From contig OY729428.2 in the NCBI GenBank assembly GCA_963422375.2, positions 512,001 to 576,000 of the forward strand: a stretch of DNA of 64,000 bases, read 5' to 3'. Within the stretch, counting starts at the first letter, position 1; each line of letters begins with the position of its first letter. A program made the position numbers and the translations under genes. Origin of the DNA: Bryobacterales bacterium. GTDB lineage: Bacteria > Acidobacteriota > Terriglobia > Bryobacterales > UBA6623. The notes beneath the pieces are model-generated. The model did not search any database. It saw nothing but the letters and a program-made list of their open reading frames with translations, and was not told where the DNA came from. Positions 54,610 to 64,000 of the stretch are shown one piece after another.

Positions 54610-54887
54610 TCCTCAGCAAGGTGGTCGGCGACGTGGTCGCGACCCGCAAGCATCCCTCCCACGAGGCGATCAAGCTGCTGCTGGTGCGGCAGGTGAACCC
54701 GCAGGGCGAGGAGCACGGAGCGCCGTTCGTGGCGGTGGACGTGCTCGACGCCGGCGTCGGCGACACGGTGCTGCTGACGATGGACGGATGGGCGGCCATG
54801 ACCGCCGTGAAGCGGGCCAAGTCCCCGATCGACGCGGCCGTGATCGCGATCGTGGACGCCGTCGCATGGGATCCGCCGCGGCCGTGA
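54606..54887 (+). CDS. BMC-P (EutN/CcmL) vertex protein
   Basis: GTG start overlapping the previous stop; 'ILSKVVGDVVATRKH...KLLLVR...VAVDVLDAGVGDTVL...PIDAAVIAIVD'. Confidence 0.93.
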   Translation: MILSKVVGDVVATRKHPSHEAIKLLLVRQVNPQGEEHGAPFVAVDVLDAGVGDTVLLTMDGWAAMTAVKRAKSPIDAAVIAIVDAVAWDPPRP

Positions 54888-54930
54888 CCGCTCGCCCGGC
54901 GCGCGGACCGTGCTGGTACCATGACCTCTG

Positions 54931-56169
54931 ATGCGGCGCGGCGGCCGTCGTTGGTTCCTAGCCGCGACGGCTTCGGCGGCACGGCTCGCCGGGGCTAGGC
55001 GCGGGACAAGGATCGAGGCGCCGCGGGAGGAGTTCAGCGACGCGCTCACCGAGCGCGAGGTCCATCGCCTGACCGACCTCTCCGTCCTCCATCACCTGCC
55101 GGGGCAGCACCACCGGATTCTCTCGCGGGACAGCTCGTTCCTGCTGCTTGCCGCCGAGCACGGCGGCGCGCGCCATTTTCACCGCCTCGACCTCAAGCGG
55201 GGCCGCCTGACGCAGCTCACGGAAGGCGAGGCGGTTCACCCGTACGCGGCGCACCTGCGCTCGAACGACCGCGGCTTCTACTTCCTGCAGGGCCGCGAGC
55301 TGCTCCAAGCCGACATCGGCGGCGGCGGCCGGCGCACGCTCTACAGCTGCCCGGAGGCCTGGCTGCTGACCGGGGAAATGGACATCTCGACCGGCGAGCG
55401 CTACGCCGCGCTGGTCGAGATGCGCGAGGAGGACTGGCGGCCCGAACCCGCGCAGCAGTTCGACGCCGAGCCCCGCTGCCGCGTGACGATCGTGGAAATC
55501 CGCCGGCAGGCGTCGCCCGGAGGCCGCAGCTGGGCCGCCACGGAGGACCGGCGCTGGCTGTCGTCGCCCCGCTTCCGCCCGTGGCATTCTCAGGTGCTCT
55601 ACGCACGCGAGGGCCCCTGGCAGCGCGTGCGAAGGCGGCTCCAAGTCGTGGCCCTGGACGGCTCCGGCAAGGCCAGCGTGCGCCCGACCCGCGGAAGGGA
55701 GCGCCTGGAGGGGGCGCGCTGGCAGGCGGACGGCTCGCGCCTGCGGTACGTGCATTTCCCGGACGGCGCCGGCTGGAAGGCCAGCCTCCGCAGCATCCAG
55801 CCCGCGGGCGGCGAGGAGGCCGACGAGGCTTCCTGCTCGGCTTTCGGCTGGTTCGACGAGAACGCGGACGGCTCGGCGGTCGTGGGCGCGAGCCGACGGC
55901 CCTCCGGCCCCAACCTCTACGTCCTGTTCCCGAGGATGCGGCGGGAGATCACGCTGTGCGAGCACCTCAGCAGCTTCAGGACCTATCCGGTCGCGGGCAG
56001 CGACCGGCTGGATCCGTTCGCGGCCGTCCCGTGCCCGGCCTTGTCGCCGGACAGCTCCCGGCTCTATTTCGTCACCGACCGCGAGGGCATGCCGGCCCTG
56101 TACGCGGTGCCGGTCGACGATCTGGTTGAGGAGACCTCCCGCGGTCGCGCGACGCGCCGCCGCACGTGA
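54931..56169 (+). CDS. Oligogalacturonate-lyase-like / TolB-like beta-propeller protein
   Basis: Tat-like 'RRWFL'; 'EFSDALTEREVHRLTD', 'LDLKRGRLTQLTEG', C-terminal 'LSPDSSRLYFVTDREG.PALY'. Confidence 0.65.
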   Translation: MRRGGRRWFLAATASAARLAGARRGTRIEAPREEFSDALTEREVHRLTDLSVLHHLPGQHHRILSRDSSFLLLAAEHGGARHFHRLDLKRGRLTQLTEGEAVHPYAAHLRSNDRGFYFLQGRELLQADIGGGGRRTLYSCPEAWLLTGEMDISTGERYAALVEMREEDWRPEPAQQFDAEPRCRVTIVEIRRQASPGGRSWAATEDRRWLSSPRFRPWHSQVLYAREGPWQRVRRRLQVVALDGSGKASVRPTRGRERLEGARWQADGSRLRYVHFPDGAGWKASLRSIQPAGGEEADEASCSAFGWFDENADGSAVVGASRRPSGPNLYVLFPRMRREITLCEHLSSFRTYPVAGSDRLDPFAAVPCPALSPDSSRLYFVTDREGMPALYAVPVDDLVEETSRGRATRRRT

Positions 56170-56358
56170 GGCGGGCCGCGAGTTCGGCCCGGACCGGAAC
56201 CACCACGCCTCGCCTGGGAATCTCGCGCGCGAATCTCCGATCTCGGATTGACCTCGCGCGTCAAGGGCAGGTCGCGGCGGCGGTCTGCCTCCCCGCGCTC
56301 CGCTCGCGGGCCTTCCGAGATAATTGAGGATTCCCTCGCCCTTCCGGCCGTCACCCGC

Positions 56359-57822
56359 ATGTTCCGCGACAACGAGATCCTGCTGACCGGCGCGAACGGG
56401 TTCCTCGGCAAGGTGATTCTCGCCATGCTGCTGGACAGGTTCCCGCAAGCGGCGCCCGTCCACGCCTTGGTGCGACCCCGCCCCGGCCTGCCCGCCGAAG
56501 AGCGCTTCGCGCGGGAGGTGCTGGACTCCCCCGCCCTGCGCCCGCTCGTCGAGAGGGACGGGCGGTCGGTCGTGGAGAGCCGCGTGAGCGTGCTCCCGGG
56601 CGACGCCGCCCGGCCGATGGCCGGACTCGAGCCCGAGCGCGTGGCGGAGCTTGGCGGCCGGGTCGGCATCGTGATCAATTGCGCGGGTCTCGTCGACTTC
56701 TTCCCGCCGGTAGACCGGGCGCTTCGAGCGAACGTCGACTCGGTCGAGCGAATCCTGGAACTGTGCGCCGCCTTGGGCGCCAAGCTGGCGCACGTGTCGA
56801 CCTGCTACGTAGCCGGCAAGGCCGACGGCCTCGTCGAGGAGACCGAGCCGGTGGCCGGCTTCTACCCCCGCCGGGGCGGGCGCGAAGACCGCCGTTTCGA
56901 CGCGGGCGCCGAGCTGGCCGAGTGCCGCGCCGCGGCGGCCGAACTGGCCCGCGGGCCCGACACCGCCGAACGGACCCGGACGCTCGCGGAACTCGGGCGG
57001 ATCCGGGCGGCCCGGTGGGGCTGGGTCAACACCTATACCTACACCAAGAGCCTGGGCGAGCAGACCCTTGCCGCGCAGGACACGGTGCCGTACGCGATCG
57101 TGCGGCCGGCGATCGTGGAGAGCGCCCTGCGGTATCCGTTTCCCGGCTGGATCGAGGGCGGCCGCACGGCCGCCCCGCTGGCGCTGATGGCGCTCGGCGG
57201 CCTCCTCGACTGGCCCGCGCGCCGGGATCTGTCCCTGGAAATCGTTCCCGTGGACTTCGTCGCGGCGGCGACGCTCGCGGTGGCGGGGCAGCTACTCGCG
57301 GGGCGCTCGCGGCAGGTCTACCAGCTCGGCAGCGCCGATCTGAACCCGTATCCTCTGGGGGACCTGATCCGCCTGCTCTGCGCCGAGGCGAGGACCAACG
57401 GCAAACGGCCCACCTCCTTGCCCTTCTGGCTGGACCCGTTCCCGCGCCTGAGGTTTCACGACGCTTCAAGTGCCGAGCGCCGCCGCAACGCGCTCCGCCG
57501 TCGCAGCGCGCGGGCCCGGGGCCTGCTGGACCGGCTAGGGCGCCGAGAGGCGGCCGCCCGGCTCAGGGTTTTCGAGCTGCAGCTCGGATTCCACGAGGAG
57601 ACGTTCCGCCAGTACACGCCGTTCATTCTGGACAACCGCTACGTGTTCGAGTCGATCAACATCCGCGCGTTGCGCGCCGGACTGGCGGCGGATGAGCGGG
57701 AGGCGCTGCCGTGGGATCCGGAGTCGATCAACTGGCCCGCCTACTGGCGGGAATGCCAGATCCCGGGCATCCGCAAGTGGGTGCAGCCAGAGGCAGTGCG
57801 AGAATGGAACTTCCGGCTGTAG
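56359..57822 (+). CDS. Fatty acyl-CoA reductase-like extended SDR (male-sterility/NAD_binding_4)
   Basis: '[13 protein letters not shown]', 'HVSTCYV', '[13 protein letters not shown]', 'IVRPAIVES', 'VPVDFVA'; start uncertain. Confidence 0.82.
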   Translation: MFRDNEILLTGANGFLGKVILAMLLDRFPQAAPVHALVRPRPGLPAEERFAREVLDSPALRPLVERDGRSVVESRVSVLPGDAARPMAGLEPERVAELGGRVGIVINCAGLVDFFPPVDRALRANVDSVERILELCAALGAKLAHVSTCYVAGKADGLVEETEPVAGFYPRRGGREDRRFDAGAELAECRAAAAELARGPDTAERTRTLAELGRIRAARWGWVNTYTYTKSLGEQTLAAQDTVPYAIVRPAIVESALRYPFPGWIEGGRTAAPLALMALGGLLDWPARRDLSLEIVPVDFVAAATLAVAGQLLAGRSRQVYQLGSADLNPYPLGDLIRLLCAEARTNGKRPTSLPFWLDPFPRLRFHDASSAERRRNALRRRSARARGLLDRLGRREAAARLRVFELQLGFHEETFRQYTPFILDNRYVFESINIRALRAGLAADEREALPWDPESINWPAYWRECQIPGIRKWVQPEAVREWNFRL

Positions 57823-57850
57823 GGACCGGAATCGCGACTCGCGAAGCGGC

Positions 57851-58900
57851 ATGAACCCGGTCGACCTGCGCAGCGACACGGTCACCAAGCCGACCGCGGC
57901 GATGCGCCGCGCGATGGCCGCGGCCGAGGTCGGCGACGATGTCTTCGGCGAGGATCCCACCGTCAACGCGCTCGAGGAGCGGGCCGCGGAGGTCGCCGGG
58001 AAGGAGGCGGCGCTGTTCGTCCCGTCCGGGACGATGGGCAACCAGATCGCCATCGCCGTGCATACCTCGCCCGGCGACGAGATCGTCTGCGAGGAGCATA
58101 GCCACGTGGTGCTCTACGAGATGGGCATGCTGGCCCGCTTCTCCGGCTGCGTGGCGCGGGCCGTAGCGACGGAGGACGGGCTGCTCACCTGGGGCCGCAT
58201 CCGCCCGAGGGTGCGCGCCGCGTCGGACCACTTCCGCGGGACGGGCCTGATCGAGATCGAGAACACGCACAACTACGCCGGCGGCCGCGTGTATCCGCTC
58301 GAGTCGCTCGACGAAATCGCCTCGCACGCCCGGGCGGCGGGGCTGCCGGTGCATATGGACGGCGCGCGGGTGTTTCACGCGGCGGCGGCGCTGGACGTCC
58401 CCGTGCGGCGGGTCGCGGCCTGCGCGGACTCGCTGAGCTTCTGTCTCTCCAAAGGGCTCGGCGCCCCGGTGGGGTCCCTCCTGACGGGCAGCCGGAGCTT
58501 CATCGGCGAGGCGCGGCTCGTGCGCAAGGCGCTCGGGGGAGGGATGCGCCAAGCCGGCGTGCTCGCCGCGGCCGGCCTGGTAGCCCTCGAGCGCAGTCCC
58601 GCCAACATCCCCGCGGCGCATGCCGACGCGAAGTTTCTCGCGGAGTCGCTGGCGACGGTCCCCGGCATCGCCATCGAGCCCGCAACCGTGGAGACCAACA
58701 TCGTGTTCTTCGACATCACCGGCACGGGGCTCTCCAACGCGCAGTTCCTCGGACGGCTGCGCGCCGACGGCGTGCTGGCGCTGGGGCTGGCCCCGGGCCG
58801 CATCCGCATGGTGACCCACCAGGATCTCGACCGGTCGGACTGCAAGGCGTCCGTGGCCGCGATCCGACGGGCCTGCTCGCACGCCCCCGCACTCCGCTGA
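57851..58900 (+). CDS. ltaE: Low-specificity L-threonine aldolase (PLP)
   Basis: '[11 protein letters not shown]', '[12 protein letters not shown]', 'SGTMGNQ', 'ENTHN', 'HMDGAR', '[12 protein letters not shown]', 'GGGMRQAG'. Confidence 0.93.
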   Translation: MNPVDLRSDTVTKPTAAMRRAMAAAEVGDDVFGEDPTVNALEERAAEVAGKEAALFVPSGTMGNQIAIAVHTSPGDEIVCEEHSHVVLYEMGMLARFSGCVARAVATEDGLLTWGRIRPRVRAASDHFRGTGLIEIENTHNYAGGRVYPLESLDEIASHARAAGLPVHMDGARVFHAAAALDVPVRRVAACADSLSFCLSKGLGAPVGSLLTGSRSFIGEARLVRKALGGGMRQAGVLAAAGLVALERSPANIPAAHADAKFLAESLATVPGIAIEPATVETNIVFFDITGTGLSNAQFLGRLRADGVLALGLAPGRIRMVTHQDLDRSDCKASVAAIRRACSHAPALR

Positions 58901-58907
58901 GGGCTCC

Positions 58908-60125
58908 GTGCGGGGCACCTGCCTGCTGGCCTTCGCCGCCCTGCTCGCGGCCTGGCCCGCGCCCACCCAGCGGCTCTTCGACGTCGGGCCGGGGAGCCGC
59001 CTGCGATTCCACGCGAGCGACCGGGCGGTCTTGGCCGGCGACGAAGACCGGTCCGACCTCGGCTGCCGCGTCGAGCCGCAGAGCCCGCGCCTGGGCTACG
59101 ACCTGAAGTACACCGCGGGCTACTTGGTCCACGTGCCGGCCGACGCGGTCGCGCCGGGCGGCGAGCGCCTGCGGGTGCTGTTCCGCGTCCGGGCGCTCGA
59201 CGACGAGCGGCTGGAACCGCTCTACTTCCGGCAGGAATTCGACCTAGGGGCGAACGTCGCCGAGGGCGGCGGCACGGCGGTCTTCCCGGGTCGCTACGTG
59301 CTCGGCCCGGGCCGCTACGAAATCGACTGGCTCATGCGCAACCTGCAGGGCAGGGTGTGCTCGGCCCACTGGCGCGCGCGCGCGCCGACACCCGGCCACA
59401 CGGGCCGCCTGGCCGCGGCCGCCACGCCGAACCTGATCGCGCCCTACCGCGAGGACACCTTCGCGGAGGAGCCGCCCGTGCCGCGCCGCTCCGGCGTGGA
59501 GGGCGGCTTGCGCATCGCGCTGCTCGTGAACCTAGCCCCGCTGGACCGGACGCGGTTCAAGCTTAACGCCTACGAGCTCGACAGCATCATGGGCATGCTC
59601 CGCTCGCTGCACCGGGAGCCCGCCGCGGGGCTGTTCAGCGTGACCGCGTTCCATGCCTACGACCGGCGCATCGTCTACGAGGCGGCGCAGCAGACCCGGC
59701 TCGATTTCGCCGCCATCGGCGCGGCCATCGAGGCCGCGCCGACGGGGGTGGTGGGCGTGGACGCCCTCGCGGACGAAGAGGGCGACCGGACCTTCCTCGC
59801 GACCCTGCTCAACGCGGCTCTCGATCCGGGCAGGCCGCGACGCGACGCCGTGATTTTCCTAGGGCCGAAGATCGACCGCGAAGCGCACGTTCCCGAGGCA
59901 ATGATCGAATTCCACGCCCCTCCCGCCCCGCTGTTCCAGATCGCGTTTCACCCCAGCCCCCGGAGCTACCCCTGGCCGGGCGCGATCGAGGCGGCCCTGC
60001 GCCCGCTCGGGCTCACCTCGCACACAGTCACGCGCCCCCAGGACTTCAGCCGGGCACTGGAGAGCCTACTGGAGGCCATCGAGGCAGGGGACCGGGCCGG
60101 CGGCGCGGGTCCCGGACGCCTCTAG
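58908..60125 (+). CDS. Exported hypothetical protein
   Basis: 405 aa, signal-peptide-like N-terminus, host-like codon usage, 7 nt after ltaE. Confidence 0.7.
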   Translation: MRGTCLLAFAALLAAWPAPTQRLFDVGPGSRLRFHASDRAVLAGDEDRSDLGCRVEPQSPRLGYDLKYTAGYLVHVPADAVAPGGERLRVLFRVRALDDERLEPLYFRQEFDLGANVAEGGGTAVFPGRYVLGPGRYEIDWLMRNLQGRVCSAHWRARAPTPGHTGRLAAAATPNLIAPYREDTFAEEPPVPRRSGVEGGLRIALLVNLAPLDRTRFKLNAYELDSIMGMLRSLHREPAAGLFSVTAFHAYDRRIVYEAAQQTRLDFAAIGAAIEAAPTGVVGVDALADEEGDRTFLATLLNAALDPGRPRRDAVIFLGPKIDREAHVPEAMIEFHAPPAPLFQIAFHPSPRSYPWPGAIEAALRPLGLTSHTVTRPQDFSRALESLLEAIEAGDRAGGAGPGRL

Positions 60126-60321
60126 CCCGGACCCTTAGGGCGCGAGCTGCGCCCTGCGACAGGCACGCTCGGGCTCGACGCGCGACCGGGGTCCGGCTCC
60201 ACGAGCGTCGCCTGACCGGGGACACGGGCGATTCATGCGACGGTCCCGTTGCCGCCGCGCGGCGACCCCGCCGCAGCAAGTCGGCGCATTCGAGGAGGTT
60301 TCCGCGGGCACGCCCCACAAT

Positions 60322-60363
60322 AGAATAGAGCGGGGAGACGGCAGAATAGAGCGGGGAGACGGC
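60322..60363. repeat. 21-bp tandem duplication
   Basis: AGAATAGAGCGGGGAGACGGC x2. Confidence 0.9.
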
Positions 60364-60588
60364 GGTCCGCCGCGCGCTTTCGGCGGCCAGCTCGGGGACT
60401 TTCCGCGCGGCAGGCACGGCGCATCCGAGACCACCGCGGCGAGGAAGTGACGACCCTACGCGACAGGCTCCAAGCCGCTCCCGAACACAGTGCGGTCGTC
60501 GGCGTCCTCCTCGGAACTGCCGGGCATCCGCGAGAAGTCTTACAGCGCCTGACGGTCGGCAACGCCGTCGAGGAAAACAGGGGGAACA

Positions 60589-62472
60589 ATGGCTACGCCA
60601 ACAGAACTGCTTCGGATTGTCGCCACGCTCGGCCCGCCGTTCAAGGAGAACGGGGCCGAGATCGCAGCGGGCGAGATCCTCGACTGGGCGGAAGAGCGGC
60701 TCGCTCACGATCTGCCCTCGGAGGCTCGAAAACTGGAAAGCTTCGAATGCCGTGCCGAAGCGGCCACCTGCCAAGCAACAAGTCTATCCAGAGCGGCCAG
60801 CAACGTCTGGGCGATCCGGTTGGAAGCGCAGGAGAATCGAAGTCGACTGATCACGGAAGCGGCCGTAGAGCGGCGTGACACCAATAAGACGGTTCTCTCC
60901 ACCCGACTGACGGCCTATCGCCCCATTGGAGCCGAGCAAGTGCTTCCGGAGACGCCGGAATTCATTCACGCGATCCACTCCAAGATCCCTCTCCACGACG
61001 GTTGGGACCCGTTCGAGATCTCGCCGTGGACCGTCAATTCGGACGCGGACTGGCTCACCCTAATCGACGTGCTAGAGGACTCCACCCGGAACTGGCCAAT
61101 CCTAGTGCTGAGCGTGCCCGAGGGGTCGGTCAAGGTCTTCACGCCGCTGCTGGACGCCGAGCGCCTCGCCCACGCCACGGCCGGACTCGCGCGCGTCGTG
61201 ATCCTGCCGCACCGATTCACATGGAACCTCACGGACCGCTTCGGCAAGGAGCGCTCGGTCTTTCTAGGCGCGGTCCGCGTGTACCATCCGGGCTTCAGCG
61301 AGTCCGCCGCCCTGGCCGACCACCCGCTGTATCTCGCGAAGAGGCTCGAGACGCCGCGGGACCGAGCCGCGGTGGAGGCGGAACTGCTGGAGATCGCCGG
61401 CGAGGCCAGCATCCGGCGGTTCGGATCGGGCCAGAAGATGCGAACGTTCTCGTCCATCCGCAAGGAAGCCGCCGCCGCCTTGGCCCAGTCCGCCGCTCGC
61501 GTCGCGCCGCCGCCCTCGACGCCCGCGGCCGCCGCCCCGGCCCTCCCTGCCGGCGAGCCGGTCGCGCCGCCGCCCGAGGCCCCCCCGGCACCCGTACCAG
61601 CCCAGCCGGCCGCTGCGCCCGTGCCGGTCGCGGCGCAGGAATCCCCAGTGGCGGACAGCGCGTCCGAGCCGCACGCGGCGGAGACGCCGGCCGCCCGGCA
61701 GGCGCCGCGCTCGGTCGAGCCCGCGCCCGTCGCGGCGCACGCGGCCGTGGAGGCGGGGCCGGGCGGCGCCTGGAGCCGGTTCCGGCTCGCTCTGGCGAGG
61801 TTCGTCGGCGGCCGGGACCTCGCTCCCGCCAGCGAATTGCAATCCGCGCGGGGCGAAATCACGACGCTCCGGGTCAAGCTCAAGGATGCGGAGGATTTCA
61901 GCCAGCAAGTCTCGGACCTGCATGCGGCGGAGGAGCAACGGGCGGACAACGCCGAAGAGCGAGCCAAGGAGGCAGAGGCCGGGCTCAAGGAGTCCGACGA
62001 ACTGATTGCGGAGCTGGAGAAGGACATCGGCCTTGCGGAGCGGACGCCCACGACCTGGAGCAGCTTCACGCCGTGGTGCATGCGAACGCTCGCCGGCAAG
62101 GTCGTGCTCATGGAACGAGCCAAGCGCGAAATCAAGAAGGCGCAGTACGAAGATGTCCCTCTGGCCGCGAAGGGGCTGGTCTGGCTCGGCTGGTTCTACC
62201 GCGACCGTCGCATCGAGGGCGGGCCCGGCGACCTGGGGGAGAGCGGCGACCTGCGGGGCGCCATCGACGACGGCCTCCAGAACGCGCGGGTCGGCGAGGA
62301 CACCTTCAGCGTCGACTGGATGGGCAAGCCGGTAGCGATCAAGTGGCATCTGAAGAAGGGCGATGCCACGACAGCGAAGCGGCTGCTGCGCATCTACTAC
62401 TTCTGGGACGCCGCCGGCAAGCAGGTGGTGATCGCCTCGATGCCGGGCCACCACCGCGTCAAGGGCAAGTGA
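60589..62472 (+). CDS. Hypothetical protein (globular N-terminus, Pro/Ala linker, coiled coil, conserved-looking C-terminal domain)
   Basis: 627 aa; GGGGA RBS; C-terminal 'WHLKKG...RLLRIYYFWD...VVIASMPGH'. Confidence 0.75.
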   Translation: MATPTELLRIVATLGPPFKENGAEIAAGEILDWAEERLAHDLPSEARKLESFECRAEAATCQATSLSRAASNVWAIRLEAQENRSRLITEAAVERRDTNKTVLSTRLTAYRPIGAEQVLPETPEFIHAIHSKIPLHDGWDPFEISPWTVNSDADWLTLIDVLEDSTRNWPILVLSVPEGSVKVFTPLLDAERLAHATAGLARVVILPHRFTWNLTDRFGKERSVFLGAVRVYHPGFSESAALADHPLYLAKRLETPRDRAAVEAELLEIAGEASIRRFGSGQKMRTFSSIRKEAAAALAQSAARVAPPPSTPAAAAPALPAGEPVAPPPEAPPAPVPAQPAAAPVPVAAQESPVADSASEPHAAETPAARQAPRSVEPAPVAAHAAVEAGPGGAWSRFRLALARFVGGRDLAPASELQSARGEITTLRVKLKDAEDFSQQVSDLHAAEEQRADNAEERAKEAEAGLKESDELIAELEKDIGLAERTPTTWSSFTPWCMRTLAGKVVLMERAKREIKKAQYEDVPLAAKGLVWLGWFYRDRRIEGGPGDLGESGDLRGAIDDGLQNARVGEDTFSVDWMGKPVAIKWHLKKGDATTAKRLLRIYYFWDAAGKQVVIASMPGHHRVKGK

Positions 62473-62594
62473 CAGCGGGCCCGGAAGCCGGGCAGCTCGC
62501 CGGGCGGGGCGTGATCGCCGGGATCATGCCGACCTCCCGCGGGCCCAGCCCCGCGTCCGGGCCGTTCGCTATGATTTCTACAGATCGGAGCCTC

Positions 62595-64000
62595 ATGACA
62601 CGACTCGCCTGCCTCCTCGCTTTCGCGGCGGCTTTTCCGGCCTGCGCTGCGGAGCGGGATCGTCCCAACGTCGTGTGGATTCTCTCCGAGGACCAGTCCG
62701 ATCACTTCGGGCCGTTCCGCGCCAGCCTGGCCAGGACGCCGAATATCGACCGCATGGCGGCGGAAGGAGCGTCGTTCGTGCGGGCCTTCGTCACGGCGCC
62801 CGTCTGCTCGCCGTCTCGCTCGGCCCTGATCACCGGGATGTACCAGACCTCGGTCGGGGCGCACAACCACCGCAGCGGGCGCGGCGAGCGCAAGATCCGC
62901 CTGCCCGGCGATGTCGAGCCGACACCCGCCATCCTGCGGCGGGCAGGCTACTACGTGAGCAACGGCAGGCTCAACGACAACGGGGAGCTCGGTCGGGGCA
63001 AGACCGACTACAACTTCGTCTACGACCCGGACCTGTACGACGGGGCGGACTGGGCGGGGCGCGCTGAAGGCCAGCCGTTCTTCGCGCAGATCCAACTGCG
63101 GGGCGGCAAGCGCCGCAACCAGCGGACCCTGCAGCCACTGGAAGGGGTCCGCTCCGAGGGCATCCGGCCGGACAAGCTCAAGCTACCGCCCTACTACCCC
63201 GACCATCCAGAGCTGCGCAAGGACTGGGCCCAGTATCTCGAATCGGTGGAGCACGTGGACTGGGAGGTCGGCCGAATCCTGGACCGCCTCGAGCGCGAGG
63301 GGGTCGCCGACAACACCGCCGTGTTCTTCCTGAGCGACCACGGTGTCAGCCACGCCCGCGGGAAGCAGTTCCTGAGCGAGGAGGGCATCAAGGTGCCGCT
63401 GGTCGTGCGGGCTCCCGGCCGGGTCGAGCCCGGCATGGTGCGCGAGGATCTCGTCGCCCATATCGACGTCACGGCCTCGACGCTGGCGCTGGCCGGCTTG
63501 GAGGTCCCGGGATGGATGGAGGGGCGCCCCCTGTTCGGCCCGGACGCGCGGCCGCGCGAATTCGTCGTGTCGGCCCGCGATCGCTGCGACGAGACCGTGG
63601 ACCGCATCCGCAGCGTGCGCACGGAGCGCTACAAGTACATTCGCAATTTCGTGCCGGAGCGGCCGCACCTCCAGCCCAATCGCTACAAGGACGGCAAGGC
63701 CGTCATCCGGACCCTTCGGCAGATGCGCGAGGACGGCAGCCTGGCCGCCGAGGCCGAGGCGATGTTCTTCGCCGCGCGCCCGGAGGAGGAGCTGTACGAT
63801 CTCGACGCCGATCCCTGGGAGATGCGCAACCTCGCGGGAGACGCCGAGCACGCCGAGACGCTGGTCGCCATGCGGAATACGCTGGACGACTGGATCGCGG
63901 AGTCCGGCGACCGAGGGCAGGCGTTCGAAACCGCCGCGGAGTACGGATCCGACATGACGGTTTACCTGCGCGGGCAGAACGGGCCGGAAAGGGAGACGCT
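62595..64000 (+). CDS. Sulfatase (formylglycine-dependent), runs off the window
   Basis: Read from the sequence: signal peptide, 'RPNVVWILSED', 'TPNIDRMAAEG', 'VCSPSRSALITGMY' (CxPxR), 'SDHG', 'EELYDL..DPWE'. Confidence 0.92.
   Translation, partial: MTRLACLLAFAAAFPACAAERDRPNVVWILSEDQSDHFGPFRASLARTPNIDRMAAEGASFVRAFVTAPVCSPSRSALITGMYQTSVGAHNHRSGRGERKIRLPGDVEPTPAILRRAGYYVSNGRLNDNGELGRGKTDYNFVYDPDLYDGADWAGRAEGQPFFAQIQLRGGKRRNQRTLQPLEGVRSEGIRPDKLKLPPYYPDHPELRKDWAQYLESVEHVDWEVGRILDRLEREGVADNTAVFFLSDHGVSHARGKQFLSEEGIKVPLVVRAPGRVEPGMVREDLVAHIDVTASTLALAGLEVPGWMEGRPLFGPDARPREFVVSARDRCDETVDRIRSVRTERYKYIRNFVPERPHLQPNRYKDGKAVIRTLRQMREDGSLAAEAEAMFFAARPEEELYDLDADPWEMRNLAGDAEHAETLVAMRNTLDDWIAESGDRGQAFETAAEYGSDMTVYLRGQNGPERET

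Overview
High-GC bacterial chromosome segment, most likely Acidobacteriota (Bryobacterales/Solibacter-like, inferred from TIGR03437-like domains, PVC-type heme proteins, a DUF1553/DUF1501 pair and DUF6152-type proteins). Layout: (i) 1-6.8 kb is a decayed defence/IS cluster with an HNH nuclease pseudogene, a type IIG/IIL R-M tail, an AAA ATPase tail, an intact HigBA-like TA pair, remnants of ISNCY, IS1380, IS3 (x2) and IS1182, and a 255-bp MITE. (ii) 7-25.4 kb holds metabolic genes: GMC oxidoreductase plus subunit 3, DinB, a triple-Rid lipoprotein, a deoxyhypusine synthase-like gene, a PVC heme protein, a DHDPS-like aldolase, a UGA-recoded UGSC selenoprotein that the ORF track splits in two, its redoxin-fusion partner, purQ-purL-purF and an NHL lipoprotein. 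(iii) 25.4-39.8 kb is a lower-GC accessory block with a 2117-aa secreted metalloprotease/surface protein carrying a 2343-bp-period internal duplication, and an ABC/AAA ATPase gene broken by IS30, nested IS1595 copies and a second MITE copy. (iv) 39.8-64 kb has a 5'-nucleotidase, a DUF6152 cluster, a PIG-L protein, a GMC oxidoreductase, a frameshifted DUF1549/1553 gene plus DUF1501, a compact bacterial-microcompartment locus (class II aldolase with probable encapsulation peptide, one BMC-H, three BMC-P) followed by Ogl-like, acyl-CoA-reductase-like and threonine aldolase genes, an uncharacterised coiled-coil protein and a sulfatase running off the window. No rRNA, tRNA or CRISPR array was seen. 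Family assignments come from motif recognition only; no searches were run.
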